This document shows, piece after piece, positions 1 to 12,063 of a DNA stretch of 64,000 bases. Location of the stretch: NCBI GenBank assembly GCA_039026595.1, contig JBCCMA010000001.1:24740-88739 (forward strand), given 5' to 3'. The DNA comes from Pseudomonadota bacterium (lineage in GTDB: Bacteria; Pseudomonadota; Gammaproteobacteria; Steroidobacterales; JBCCMA01). Made by a program: the position numbers and the translations under genes. Position 1 is the first letter of the stretch; each line of letters begins with the position of its first letter. The notes beneath the pieces are model-generated. The model was not told the origin of the DNA. It was given only the letters and a program-made list of their open reading frames with translations, and made no database searches.

Positions 1-607
1 CAAACGGCACCACCGCAAGGCGGCCAATGTGCACAGCGTGATTTGCGGCCAGAGGGCGCAAACGGATGTTCTGCAGCGCGACCAGTTGGCTCCACGGCCC
101 GTTGTTCAGCAAAAACGTCTGCATACGCGGCATCGCATAGACCGGCACATCACGCGCGCCCATCGCTTCGCGGCCGAAGTACATTAATCCGGTGTAATGA
201 CCGATGTGAGCATGGGTCAGAAATACGCCGGAAAGCTCAGGCAGCGGCGCGGGGACGGCCGTCTGCAACCGCCGCCACTGACGGGGCAGCGCCGGTGTGG
301 CATCGAACAGCAAAGCCTGACGCTCGATCGGATCAACGGCGCCAAGCGAGGCCGGCGCGCGCTCCTCATCGCGGTTCGCCCAGCCGCGCTCACAGTGGGC
401 CCGGTTGCATCCGGCCTGCGGGTATCCCGCGTCTTGTGCCACACCCAGAACCATCAGAAACGGCGTGGTCGACAGAACGGGGCGATCTGCTGTCGACGCC
501 GTCGCGCCACCGCACCCCCATAGCGAACCGCACAGTGCCGTGATAACAAGCACCGACAGGCCCCACGTGACGCCCGGACTCGCGAAGGACAGACGCAAAG
601 CCCGCAT
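1..607 (-). CDS. MBL-fold metallo-hydrolase, PqqB-like, secreted (C-terminal part lies left of the window)
   Basis: This ORF is missing from the ORF track because it is open at the window edge. My hand translation of the reverse strand from ATG 607-605 runs 202 codons without a stop: MRALRLSFASPGVTWGLSVLVITALCGSLWGCGG...FLMVLGVAQDAGYPQAGCNRAHCERGW...VFLTHAHIGHYTGLMYFGREAMG. That is a signal peptide, then the GxAQDxGxPQxGC motif, then a His-rich metal site as in PqqB-like beta-lactamase-fold proteins. Confidence 0.6.
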   Translation of the reverse strand, partial: MRALRLSFASPGVTWGLSVLVITALCGSLWGCGGATASTADRPVLSTTPFLMVLGVAQDAGYPQAGCNRAHCERGWANRDEERAPASLGAVDPIERQALLFDATPALPRQWRRLQTAVPAPLPELSGVFLTHAHIGHYTGLMYFGREAMGARDVPVYAMPRMQTFLLNNGPWSQLVALQNIRLRPLAANHAVHIGRLAVVPF

Positions 608-702
608 TTCTGACGATGTGAACATCCGCAAATCCCTCATTGCGTGTGCTTGCCGAGTGCTAAAATTATGTCATGACTTTCGCACGCCTTCGGAGCTGCT
701 AC

Positions 703-2154
703 ATGTTTAACTTTTCCCGTATTTTCTGCCCCATCCTGATTTCGCTGTTCATGGCGGCCAGCGCGGGCGCGCAGGACAGTCTGCGGGCCTCGCTGTTCGA
801 CGACGCGCGCGACGCGCTGATCGCCGCCAATCAGGCCAATGCGCCTTACCTCGCGCCTACCAGCTATGAAGCCGGTGCAGAGCACTACAAAAAGGCGGAA
901 GAGCTGCTGGAACGCGGCGGCAACCTCGACCGCATCCGCTCGGAACTCGATAAGGCGCTCAAGGACTGGCAAACGGCGCTGGCCGCAGCGAACACCGCAC
1001 GCACCACGCTCAGCAACGCGGTACTTGCTCGCGACGATGCAAAGAACGCCGCCGCCCCTGAGGTGGCCAATAAAGAGTGGCGCGACGCCGAGGATCTGTT
1101 TCGAGATGCCACGACCCGCCTCGAGAGTGGCTCAAATAAATCCGCACTGCGTCTGGGCGGCAAGGCCGAAACCGCCTACCGCGCCGCTGAGTTGACCGCT
1201 ATCAAGGCCAACTATCTGAACGAAACCAAAGCGCTGCTCGAACAAGCAGACGATTTGCGCGCGGACCGCTACGCACCGGCCACGTTTGAAAGCGCCGGCG
1301 CACTGCTGACCGAGGCGGAATCAGAACTCAACGACAACCGCTACGACACGGACCGGCCGCGCAGTCTGGCCCAGAGCGCCAAGCACCAGGCCAAACTCGC
1401 CATCCACCTGACCGGTCAGCTTCGCGACGCCGAGAAAGATCGCGCCGCGCTCGAAGCGTTGGCGCTCGACTGGCAAACGCCGGTCAAACGCATTGGCGCC
1501 ACTTTGGACATTCCCGTTTATTTCGACGATGGCTACGAGGACGCTACCGACACACTGGTCGCCCGGGTGGAGGAGTTACTGGAACAAAACCGCGCTCAGA
1601 GTCAGGACCTCGCCGAGCGCAAATCGCAGATCCGGGAGATGGAAAGCCAAATTGCGACGCTGGAGGAGCGCCTCGGCGGCGCATCGCAGGAACGCCTCGC
1701 GCTGGCGGCCCAGCTGGACCGGCAGGCGCGCCGACGTGCCAAATTCGAGGCGGTCGAGAAACAGTTCACGCGCGACGAGGCCATCGTCCTGCGGGCCGGA
1801 AACGACGTCATACTGCGGCTGGTCGGCCTCACTTTTGCCAGCGGCAAATCGGAGATCGGCCCGGACAAATTCGCACTGCTCGCCAAGGTACGGGACGCCA
1901 TCAATCAGTTTGATAACGCCGATATCGTCGTTGAGGGGCACACCGACGCGTTCGGCAGCGATGACAGCAACATGGCACTGTCCACAGAACGCGCGGAAGC
2001 GGTGCGCGCCTACATGCTCGCTAATATGGGTCTTTCGGACACTCAGGTGACGGCCAGCGGGTACGGTGAAACCCAGCCCATCGCCAACAATGAGACGCCG
2101 GAAGGGCGTACAAAGAACCGGCGCATCGACATCATTTTGCGGCCAGCCAATTAA
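703..2154 (+). CDS. OmpA-family protein with a long helical N-terminal region and a C-terminal peptidoglycan-binding domain
   Basis: ORF 673..2154. The internal ATG at 703 gives the signal peptide MFNFSRIFCPILISLFMAASAGAQD. The middle is Ala/Glu/Arg-rich and coiled-coil-like. The C-terminus is an OmpA/MotB domain (VVEGHTDAFGSDDSNMALSTERAEAVRAYM...TKNRRIDIIL). Confidence 0.85.
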   Translation: MFNFSRIFCPILISLFMAASAGAQDSLRASLFDDARDALIAANQANAPYLAPTSYEAGAEHYKKAEELLERGGNLDRIRSELDKALKDWQTALAAANTARTTLSNAVLARDDAKNAAAPEVANKEWRDAEDLFRDATTRLESGSNKSALRLGGKAETAYRAAELTAIKANYLNETKALLEQADDLRADRYAPATFESAGALLTEAESELNDNRYDTDRPRSLAQSAKHQAKLAIHLTGQLRDAEKDRAALEALALDWQTPVKRIGATLDIPVYFDDGYEDATDTLVARVEELLEQNRAQSQDLAERKSQIREMESQIATLEERLGGASQERLALAAQLDRQARRRAKFEAVEKQFTRDEAIVLRAGNDVILRLVGLTFASGKSEIGPDKFALLAKVRDAINQFDNADIVVEGHTDAFGSDDSNMALSTERAEAVRAYMLANMGLSDTQVTASGYGETQPIANNETPEGRTKNRRIDIILRPAN

Positions 2155-2186
2155 TCCGCCGCGCCCGCATTTGACTTAGTTCAAAA

Positions 2187-2220
2187 CGGCCCGGCGCGCA
2201 GTTGACTTCGCGCCGGGCCG
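2187..2220 (+). terminator. GC-rich hairpin after the OmpA-family gene (possible terminator, no U-tract)
   Basis: The arms cggcccggcgcg (2187-2198) and cgcgccgggccg (2209-2220) form a perfect 12-bp stem with a 10-nt loop. No T-run follows on the plus strand. TTGACTT occurs twice (2171, 2202), so the region may also hold the promoter of the next gene. Confidence 0.35.
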
Positions 2221-2343
2221 GTGTCCACTATGCAAAATTCGCCGGCCCGCTCGATCGCAGCAGAAGAACAACGCGATCGGACTGCACCCCCAGATCGGGT
2301 TCGGCCTGTCTCTAGTTAAAGACAATTCCCGGGGAGGGAAACT

Positions 2344-5211
2344 ATGACGAGTAATCGACGCAACGTCGTCGCCGGTGCCTGTCTCGCCGCCATGGCAGTC
2401 AGCGCAAGTCCGGTGTTTGCCGACGACAAAGAACCGGACGGCATGTCCGCAAAAGAGCTGAGTGCCGCGTGCGCGATGCTCGACAATCCGAAGAAACGGC
2501 CCTACATGGACGGCCTTCTCAACTATCTTCTGGTCAAGTGCGGACGACAGAACGAACTCGGCGGCGCCGAGACCGTTCGCCACAGTTCGGAAAAGTCCGT
2601 CAACCGCATCCCGGGTACGGACGTGGCCGTGAACGACGCGCTTGTCGACACCGGTGCCTCTCGGACCCAAAACGAAACGTCGATTGCTCGCAGCCCCATC
2701 ACCGGGACGCTGTGCTCCGGTTTTAACGACTCGACATCGGGTGTCACCACGGGCCAGGGCTTCACCGGATTTGCCCGCTCCACCGACAACGGCGATACGT
2801 TTACCGATAACGGCGCGTTCGATTCAAACTCCTCTGGCGACCCGAGCATGATCTGGCGTCGCGCCGACGAGAACTTCTACCTCGCCACGCTTCGCAACGG
2901 CGGTCTCGGCATCTACCGTTCGACGGACGACTGCCAGACGATGAACCTGATCGCCCAGGCCACCAACGGCGGGGACGACAAGGAACTGCTCGCTGTGGAC
3001 AACAACATCGGCAGCGACAATTACGGCCGCATTTATATGGTATGGACTGATTTCGGCCTCGACGGGTCGATCTACTCGGTCTACTCGGATGACGGCGTGA
3101 ACTGGTCGTCGCAGGTGCGCATCAGCGCACCCGGTGGCGGCGTTCAGGGCGCGTGGCCCATCGTGGCCCCCGACGGCACGTTCTATGTGGCGTGGGTGCG
3201 CTTCGGCGGCGCCACCGTCGATATGGAAGTGGCCCGCTCGACCGACGGCGGCGACTCCTACACGCAGGTGACCAGCCCGCTGGTCGGCGGGATCAACCCG
3301 GCCGACTCCACCGCCACCGCCAACTGCGGTCGCTCGGCGCTCAACGGCAACCTCCGCTATCTGGCCTCACCGCAGATTGCGGTGACGCCCAACGGTGATC
3401 TGCATATCGTCTACACACGCGATCCGGACGGCGCCAACTTTGGTGACACCATCGACGTGTACTACCGTCGCTCGATGGACGGCGGCGACAACTGGTTGCC
3501 CGAAGTGCGCATCAACGACGACAGCACGCTGACCGACCAGTTCTTCCCCACACTGAGTGCCGGTCCCACGGGCCGAATCGTCATTACATGGTACGACCGC
3601 CGCCTCGACGAAACCGATAATCTGTTTGTGGACTACTACTCGGCCACGTCAGAAGACGGTGGGGCCACCTTCGGGCCCAATGAGCGCATCTCCGACGTAT
3701 CGTCGCCGATTGTGCTCGATCCCAATCTGGCCACCTGTTATCACGGTGACTACGACCAGCAGATTCAGACCGAGTCGCGCGCCTTCATCCAGTGGGCAGA
3801 CGATCGGGAAGTGGGCGGACGTAACGATCCCAACACATACCTCGATCGCAATACGTTTGAGCCGGATTTCTTTGTGACCGGTACCAACCCGATTGCATCG
3901 GTGTGCGCGCCGGATGATGCCGTATTTGATATCGACGTCGGTCAGGCCCTCGGCTTCTCCGACCCGGTCACCATGTCGTCCTCCGGTGTTCCGGCCGGCG
4001 CCACGGGCAGCTTCAGTGTTAACCCCGTCGCACCGGGTGCCAGCACGGTCTTTACCGTCAGCAACACCGCCGGCGCCGCTGCGGGCGACTACACCATTGA
4101 GGTCAGCGGATCGGCCGACAGCAAGACGCGCGCGGCGCAGCTGATGCTGGCTCTGGCCACCGCGACTCCGGACGCCGCCGCGCTGTCCGCCCCGGTGAAC
4201 AACGCCACGGGCGTGGCCAACTCGCCGACGTTCTCGTGGAACGACGCGGCGCAGGCCGCCACCTACCGCGTCGAGATCGCCACCGATCCGGACTTCGTGA
4301 ACGTGGTCGAAAGCGGCACCACCGACACCACGTCGTATACCGCAACCACCACGCTGTCTCCGCTGACCCGCTACTACTGGCGCGTCACGGCCGACAACAT
4401 TTGCGGTGCGGGAGCGGCCTCCACGACGTTCACGTTCGAAACGGCGAACATCATCTGCATCACCTCGGGTGACGCCATTCCGGACAACACCGCATCGGGC
4501 CTCGACAGCACGGGTGTCTTGTCGGCCAGCGGCACGCTGACCGATCTGGACGTCTCCCTGAACGTCACGCACACCTATGTCGGCGATCTGATTGTCACAC
4601 TCACACATGAGGACACGGGCAGCAGCGCCGTGATCATGGATCGTCCGGGTGTACCGGCCACCGGCTTTGGTTGCTCCAACAACGACATCGACACCATCTT
4701 TGATGATGAGGCGGGTACGCCTGTCGAAGATGTTTGCGACAGCAACCCGGCCATCGGCGGCACGGTGATCCCGGAGAACGCCTTGTCGACGTTCGACGGT
4801 GAAGACCTGTCGGGCACGTGGACGCTGAACATCAGCGACAACGCGGGCATCGACCTTGGCAACCTCAACGAATGGTGCCTGCTGCCGGCGACCGAGCCGG
4901 TCGCCGTGGACTCGGACGGTGATGGCGTGTCGGACGACGCCGATAACTGCACCTTTGTGTCCAACGCGGATCAGCGCGACACCAACGGTGACGGGTTCGG
5001 TAATGCGTGCGACGCCGACCTCAACAACGACTGCGTGGTCAACGTGGTGGATCTGGGTCTGTTCCGTCAGGTCTTCTTCAGCTCAGACGCTGACGCAGAC
5101 TTCAACGGTGACGGCGTGGTCAACGTGATCGACCTCGGCGTGATGCGCCTTGGGTTCTTCAGCCCGCCGGGACCGTCGGTTGAGCCGAACGCCTGCACGC
5201 CCGCGAATTAA
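2344..5211 (+). CDS. secreted multidomain protein: BNR/Asp-box sialidase-like propeller, Ig/FN3-like domains, proprotein-convertase P-domain, TSP3 + dockerin-like C-terminus
   Basis: Signal peptide: AGACLAAMAVSASPVFADD. Repeated Asp-boxes: YRSTDDCQT, YSDDGVNWS, ARSTDGGDSYT, RRSMDGGDNW, TSEDGGATF. P-domain-like stretch: LDVSLNVTHTYVGDLIVTLTHEDTG...GEDLSGTWTLNISDNAGIDLGNLNEWCL. C-terminus: DSDGDGVSDDADNC...DQRDTNGDGFGNACD, followed by two DxNxDGxVNxxDL segments. Confidence 0.8.
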   Translation: MTSNRRNVVAGACLAAMAVSASPVFADDKEPDGMSAKELSAACAMLDNPKKRPYMDGLLNYLLVKCGRQNELGGAETVRHSSEKSVNRIPGTDVAVNDALVDTGASRTQNETSIARSPITGTLCSGFNDSTSGVTTGQGFTGFARSTDNGDTFTDNGAFDSNSSGDPSMIWRRADENFYLATLRNGGLGIYRSTDDCQTMNLIAQATNGGDDKELLAVDNNIGSDNYGRIYMVWTDFGLDGSIYSVYSDDGVNWSSQVRISAPGGGVQGAWPIVAPDGTFYVAWVRFGGATVDMEVARSTDGGDSYTQVTSPLVGGINPADSTATANCGRSALNGNLRYLASPQIAVTPNGDLHIVYTRDPDGANFGDTIDVYYRRSMDGGDNWLPEVRINDDSTLTDQFFPTLSAGPTGRIVITWYDRRLDETDNLFVDYYSATSEDGGATFGPNERISDVSSPIVLDPNLATCYHGDYDQQIQTESRAFIQWADDREVGGRNDPNTYLDRNTFEPDFFVTGTNPIASVCAPDDAVFDIDVGQALGFSDPVTMSSSGVPAGATGSFSVNPVAPGASTVFTVSNTAGAAAGDYTIEVSGSADSKTRAAQLMLALATATPDAAALSAPVNNATGVANSPTFSWNDAAQAATYRVEIATDPDFVNVVESGTTDTTSYTATTTLSPLTRYYWRVTADNICGAGAASTTFTFETANIICITSGDAIPDNTASGLDSTGVLSASGTLTDLDVSLNVTHTYVGDLIVTLTHEDTGSSAVIMDRPGVPATGFGCSNNDIDTIFDDEAGTPVEDVCDSNPAIGGTVIPENALSTFDGEDLSGTWTLNISDNAGIDLGNLNEWCLLPATEPVAVDSDGDGVSDDADNCTFVSNADQRDTNGDGFGNACDADLNNDCVVNVVDLGLFRQVFFSSDADADFNGDGVVNVIDLGVMRLGFFSPPGPSVEPNACTPAN
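4909..5178 (+). repeat. copy 1 of a ~90-aa C-terminal module (TSP type-3 Ca-binding repeats + duplicated dockerin-like EF-hand segment + PPGPS)
   Basis: DSDGDGVSDDADNCTFVSNADQRDTNGDGFGNACDADLNNDCVVNVVDLGLFRQVFFSSDADADFNGDGVVNVIDLGVMRLGFFSPPGPS aligns residue for residue with 9346-9615. By eye the DNA is about three-quarters identical. Confidence 0.85.
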
Positions 5212-5235
5212 TCAACGGCGAGAAAAGTAATGAGA

Positions 5236-5265
5236 GGGCCGGGCATTTGCCCGGCCCTTTTTTTT
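5236..5265 (+). terminator. rho-independent terminator
   Basis: The stem is gggccgggc (5236-5244) with gcccggccc (5249-5257), the loop is attt, and a run of eight T follows (5258-5265), 25 nt after the stop codon. Confidence 0.85.
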
Positions 5266-5360
5266 GCCCCGCGCATTGCGTTCGATCAATAAACCAGCAC
5301 CCGCGCGAGCAAAAAAGCGCTAAGGTGGGGCTTGGAGAAAAGCAAGAAAGGTGGCGCCGC

Positions 5361-6251
5361 GTGTACCTGCCCTCTTTCCAACTACGCTGTAGATCATGGA
5401 TCTGCTTGCTCGGCACGGCCGCCGGAGGCTGCTCGGCCGCCCATGAACCACAAGCCGCGGTGGCGGAAACACCCTGCCTGCAAAACGGCACAGAGAGCCT
5501 GTCGGTCGAGATTGAAACGGCGCTTGGTAGCGTGACATTCGATCTTCTGGACAAGGCGGCGCCCAACAGCACGAACACCGTCCGCAACCTGATCTGCTTC
5601 GGTCAGCCCGACCGGCCTGCCAACGGCAAAGTTGTCGATTCCGGGTTTTACACGGGCCAGACCTTTGACTACACCCGACCCAATTTTGAAGTACGGGTAT
5701 CGGCCGCCGCCGATTCCGATCTGACCATCGATAAGGAACTGGATGCCGTCGCGCTGGGCCTCGATGAGCAAACCATCGACTCGGCAGGCGCTGCGATGGA
5801 TACCTTCCAGTTTGAACTGCAGAAGGCATTTGCCCGGGACAAGCGACCCGGCGCGAACACGGATCAGCTGGTCGAGTGGGTGGACACGTTCCGCCGAACC
5901 GGCAACGCGGAGTTTTTGATCGGCAAAAGCCGAACCGAAATCAATCAGGCGCTGGGTTTTGAGTACCAGAAGGGGCTGGCGTCCGAACCGGTTGCCCGGG
6001 GCAGCGTGCTGCTGCAGCCCGCCTCGAAGACAAAGAGCAGCCCGCGGCTGGTGTTCACACTTTCCGAGAATCCGAACTACACTGGTAGATGGGTCGTTGT
6101 CGGCAGGGTGTCCAACGGTCTGGATCTGCTGAATCGCCTGTCAAGGGCGCCCAGTTCCGGACGAATGCACCCACGATGGCAACCGGAGGAACCGGTCGTG
6201 ATTACCGGCGTGAGCATCAGGTCACGAAAAGCACAAGAACGATCGCCGTAG
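5361..6251 (+). CDS. cyclophilin-like (PPIase-fold) lipoprotein, divergent
   Basis: ORF 5247..6251 starts at a TTG that lies inside the terminator, so I prefer the GTG at 5361, which gives a lipoprotein signal (ICLLGTAAGGC). The body has a cyclophilin-like outline (VEIETALGSVTFDLLDKAAPNSTNTVRNL ... FYTGQTFDY ... VVVGRVSNGLDLLNRL ... PVVITGVSI) with a long insertion. The catalytic FHR/QGGD motifs are not conserved. Confidence 0.5.
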   Translation: MYLPSFQLRCRSWICLLGTAAGGCSAAHEPQAAVAETPCLQNGTESLSVEIETALGSVTFDLLDKAAPNSTNTVRNLICFGQPDRPANGKVVDSGFYTGQTFDYTRPNFEVRVSAAADSDLTIDKELDAVALGLDEQTIDSAGAAMDTFQFELQKAFARDKRPGANTDQLVEWVDTFRRTGNAEFLIGKSRTEINQALGFEYQKGLASEPVARGSVLLQPASKTKSSPRLVFTLSENPNYTGRWVVVGRVSNGLDLLNRLSRAPSSGRMHPRWQPEEPVVITGVSIRSRKAQERSP

Positions 6252-6351
6252 CGCGAGCATCCCTCGACGCGCGGCCGCACCAGATCGATTCTTCTGGCCC
6301 GTTTAACAGGCGGGAAATAAAAATCGGTGCAACAAAAACAGGGAGACTTTA

Positions 6352-9300
6352 ATGGACTATCGTACGCCGGTCCGCGCGTTGCTCATTACAGCAGCGGCGG
6401 CAATCCTGCCTCTGGCACAGGCCGAGCTTACGCTCACTCCGGACATGACCGACCTTCCACCGCCCATCGTTCTGCAGCAGCAAGGGGTGACTGCAGACGA
6501 ATACCGAGCGGCCATCGAGGCCAACGCTTACACAGTTGTGCAAGAGAAACCGGACCGGCCAATCAAGACGGGCGGTATCTCCGACTCGGCCGAGGCCATC
6601 GAACTGACGGCCGCAGAACATCGAGCCATCATGGACGCGGCCAGCGCCGCTGGCGCGGCGGGGATTCTGACTCCCGGTCAAATCAAAGCCCATATTCAGG
6701 GCGAGTATCTTGATGGGCCAACATCCGAGCTCGGCAAAGATGGTGGCCGACGTGCGCAGCAGAGCCGCGAGTGGCCAGACGCCACGCCCGAGACCTCGCG
6801 CGCGACAGGCGATCGAGTACGGAACTTCCAGACGCTCAATAACACGGGCTTTATCCCACCGGACACGCAGATTGCCGTTGGACCAAGTCACGTGATCGTG
6901 GCGGTGAACTCCGCCTACACGATCTACAATCTGGACGGCGTCATTCAAGGGGCGGCGCAGACGCCGTACAACGCCCTGTTCACCAATGCCATCCCTGACG
7001 GATTTACGGGCAATCTGTTCGATCCGAAGATCGTCTACAGCCCATGGCACGGTCGTTACGTGATGTTGATCCTTGGTGTCGATTTCACCAACCAGACCAG
7101 CTTTTACTTTATTGCCTTCTCGCAGACCTCCGATCCGACTCAGGGCTGGTGGCTTTATCGCAGCGTCAACAACGGCTTCCTGACCTCTGCATGGCTCGAT
7201 TACTCCGGACTTGGTGTGGACGACTTCGGCGTATATGCGTCCGGCAACATGTTCAACTTCTCAAACAACGCCTACCAGTATTCGATGGTGCGTTATTTCG
7301 ATGAGGACGGATTCAATGGCGACTCCCTGAATTCGCGCACGTTCACCGACGTCAGATGGCCCGACGATTCGCGCGCCTTCACGATCCAGCCGGCCGTTGC
7401 GCACACGCGCAATCTGACCAACGACGGCACGTCGTTCTTCGTGGCCACCCGGTCAGGGTCGGGTGATGAGGCACTTCTTATGAAACTGACCGGTCACGTT
7501 GGCCCCGATGCGCCAGCGGGCACGCTTTCTTCGGTGGTCATCGATGTCGGTCAGTACGATGCACTTGGTGAAGCGGTGGCCCAGCCCGGCACCACCGCGC
7601 GCATTGACGGCGGCGATGCGCGCGTACTGAACGCGGTCTACTCGCAGGGCAATCTGTACGCCACACTCACCAATGATCTCAACAACGACGGAACACGCGG
7701 CGCCGTGTACACGTTCCGTCTGGGCACCTCGGCAAATAATCTGGAATGGTCTCAAAACCTCCAGTCGCCGGGTTGGTATTACACCTATCCCGCCGTCACC
7801 GTGCTCGGAGCCGGCGGCGACACGACCCCCGTCGGCGTGTACATGTCCATTACCCGCGGCGCCTCGGATACCAGCAACGGGCTCTTCGCGTCGGCGGGCT
7901 ACAAGCTTTATGAGCAACCCGAGGTCGACGGCGCCGGCGCGTTTTCAACGTATCGAAACGGAGCGGCTTCCTATGTGAACCGCGACGGCAACAATCGTAA
8001 CCGCTGGGGGGATTACACCGGCGCAGCCTACGATTGGAATTGCCCCGGGCGAATGTGGGGCGCGGCGGAGTACGTGCGCTCTGCCAATCAATGGGGCACG
8101 CAAGCGGCGGCGGTCATGATGGACGACAGCGCCGTGGACTGCGCGACGCAGACGCCTGCCCAGGTACAGTCGTTCGCACCCAACGGCAACATCACCGACA
8201 CCACGCCCACCTATACGTGGGCCCGGCCGAGCAACCAGCCCGTTGGGGAGTTTGTACTGACAGTCAGTCAGTCGAGCGGCGCTTTCGTATTCGACGAGAC
8301 CATCACACCAGCACAGGCGGGCTGCGACGATGATTTCAGCTGCGCGTTCACACCCTCACAGTCGTTGGCACTGGGTGACTACACCTTCTCGGTGCGGGCC
8401 AGAAACAGCGCGGGCATCGGCGCGGGCAGCACCGCTCGAGCGTTCTCTATCGTGCCGCTGCCGCCATTCAATGACAATTTCGGCAGTGCCGTCACGATCT
8501 TCGAATCGGCCAATGGCACGCTCGTGGGCGCGACTCAGGATGGCAGTACCAGCGGCACAGCCGCGTCGCAAAAAGACGTCTGGTATCGCTTTGTCACGCC
8601 GGGGCCAGGCACGCTGCGCGTCAATAGCTGCGGCAGTCAAAACCTTGATGGACTGGATACCGTGTTGTCCTTGCATGCCAATGACGGCAGTGTGGGAACG
8701 GGCGCTAACCAGATCGCTCTGAATGACGACTGGGAGGGCACCGGGGGTGACGCCACCGCGAACTGCCCGCGCATTCGAGACTCGGCGGTGGCTGTGGACG
8801 TGACGCAGTCCGAGACGGTGTACATCCGAGTGTCACGCTTCAGCACGTCAACCGACGGCCGGTTCATCCTCAATGCCTCATTCGAGGAAGCGCCGCCGGT
8901 CAACGACGCATTCGACTCTCCCATACTGATCAGCGCCAGTGTGCCAATCGAGTTCTCGTTCTACGGCGCGACCCGCGATGGATCGAGCAGCGCGGACAGC
9001 ACCAGTTTTGTGTCGCCAGACGTCTGGTTTGTTTACGACGTACCGTCTGCGGGCGAGCTTCAGGTCAATACCTGCGGGTCTCTGGACTTGAGCAACATCG
9101 ACACCATTTTGTCCCTGCATGACGACAACGGCGCGCCGGGCTCGCCGGCCAATGAGCTGGCGGCGAACGACAACTGGGATGACGGCGGTGATCCGGATGC
9201 GGCGTGCCCCGGCTCGTTCGACTCGGCCACGCGCATTACGCTCAACGGCGCGCAACGCGTGTTGATCCGCGTCGCACGCGGCGATGACATTGGCGGGCCG

Positions 9301-9630
9301 GAGTTTCTGATTAGCATCAACTTCACGCCCAGCACACCGCCGGTGGACACCGACGGCGACGGCGTGTTCGACGCTGCAGACAACTGCACACTGCTGCCCA
9401 ATGCGGACCAGCGTGACACCAACGCAGATGGCTACGGCAACGTCTGCGACGCCGACATCAATAACGATGGCGTGGTGAACTTCGTTGATCTCGGGCAGCT
9501 CCGCACGGTGTTCTTCACCAATACGCCGGATGCCGACTTCAACGGCGACGGAGTGGTGAACTTCCTGGATCTGGGTGTGATGCGTACCCGCTTCTTCCAG
9601 CCGCCCGGACCGAGTGGCGTCGCGCCCTGA
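6352..9630 (+). CDS. large secreted protein: N-terminal propeller-like region, FN3-like domain, two PPC-type (pre-peptidase C-terminal-like) domains, TSP3 + dockerin-like C-terminus
   Basis: Signal peptide: LLITAAAAILPLAQAE. An internal duplication of about 140 aa carries the pattern DVW[YF]..xxPxxGxLxVNxCGSxxLxxxDTxLSLH. The C-terminus is the same module as 4909-5178. Confidence 0.75.
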   Translation: MDYRTPVRALLITAAAAILPLAQAELTLTPDMTDLPPPIVLQQQGVTADEYRAAIEANAYTVVQEKPDRPIKTGGISDSAEAIELTAAEHRAIMDAASAAGAAGILTPGQIKAHIQGEYLDGPTSELGKDGGRRAQQSREWPDATPETSRATGDRVRNFQTLNNTGFIPPDTQIAVGPSHVIVAVNSAYTIYNLDGVIQGAAQTPYNALFTNAIPDGFTGNLFDPKIVYSPWHGRYVMLILGVDFTNQTSFYFIAFSQTSDPTQGWWLYRSVNNGFLTSAWLDYSGLGVDDFGVYASGNMFNFSNNAYQYSMVRYFDEDGFNGDSLNSRTFTDVRWPDDSRAFTIQPAVAHTRNLTNDGTSFFVATRSGSGDEALLMKLTGHVGPDAPAGTLSSVVIDVGQYDALGEAVAQPGTTARIDGGDARVLNAVYSQGNLYATLTNDLNNDGTRGAVYTFRLGTSANNLEWSQNLQSPGWYYTYPAVTVLGAGGDTTPVGVYMSITRGASDTSNGLFASAGYKLYEQPEVDGAGAFSTYRNGAASYVNRDGNNRNRWGDYTGAAYDWNCPGRMWGAAEYVRSANQWGTQAAAVMMDDSAVDCATQTPAQVQSFAPNGNITDTTPTYTWARPSNQPVGEFVLTVSQSSGAFVFDETITPAQAGCDDDFSCAFTPSQSLALGDYTFSVRARNSAGIGAGSTARAFSIVPLPPFNDNFGSAVTIFESANGTLVGATQDGSTSGTAASQKDVWYRFVTPGPGTLRVNSCGSQNLDGLDTVLSLHANDGSVGTGANQIALNDDWEGTGGDATANCPRIRDSAVAVDVTQSETVYIRVSRFSTSTDGRFILNASFEEAPPVNDAFDSPILISASVPIEFSFYGATRDGSSSADSTSFVSPDVWFVYDVPSAGELQVNTCGSLDLSNIDTILSLHDDNGAPGSPANELAANDNWDDGGDPDAACPGSFDSATRITLNGAQRVLIRVARGDDIGGPEFLISINFTPSTPPVDTDGDGVFDAADNCTLLPNADQRDTNADGYGNVCDADINNDGVVNFVDLGQLRTVFFTNTPDADFNGDGVVNFLDLGVMRTRFFQPPGPSGVAP
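9346..9615 (+). repeat. copy 2 of the TSP3 + dockerin-like C-terminal module
   Basis: DTDGDGVFDAADNCTLLPNADQRDTNADGYGNVCDADINNDGVVNFVDLGQLRTVFFTNTPDADFNGDGVVNFLDLGVMRTRFFQPPGPS. Confidence 0.85.
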
Positions 9631-9696
9631 CACCGTGAACGCCGCGCGGTTTGACGACCGCGCGGCGCTTCGGCGAGGCCCCTTCAGTGGGGCATG

Positions 9697-9735
9697 AAAA
9701 AAGCCCGGACGACTGCCGTCGCCGGGCTTTTCTTT
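9697..9735. terminator. bidirectional intrinsic terminator between convergent genes
   Basis: The stem is gcccggacgac (9703-9713) with gtcgccgggc (9718-9727), containing one bulge. It is preceded by six A (aaaaaa, 9697-9702) and followed by ttttcttt (9728-9735). It sits between the stop at 9630 (+) and the katG stop at 9753 (-). Confidence 0.7.
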
Positions 9736-9752
9736 ATCAGGCCGGTGGAAGC

Positions 9753-12014
<2,262 letters not shown>

Positions 12015-12063
12015 TTAACACCCGACACGGGTGATAAATACAGTATTTAATGTATCGATTTTC

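Noticed and set aside
43-543. ORF 43..543 (+, 166 aa) and other small ORFs at the left edge.
   Set aside because: The opposite strand carries an uninterrupted 202-codon reading frame with a signal peptide and PqqB-like MBL motifs that runs off the window edge. The listed ORFs are Arg/Pro-rich shadows of it.
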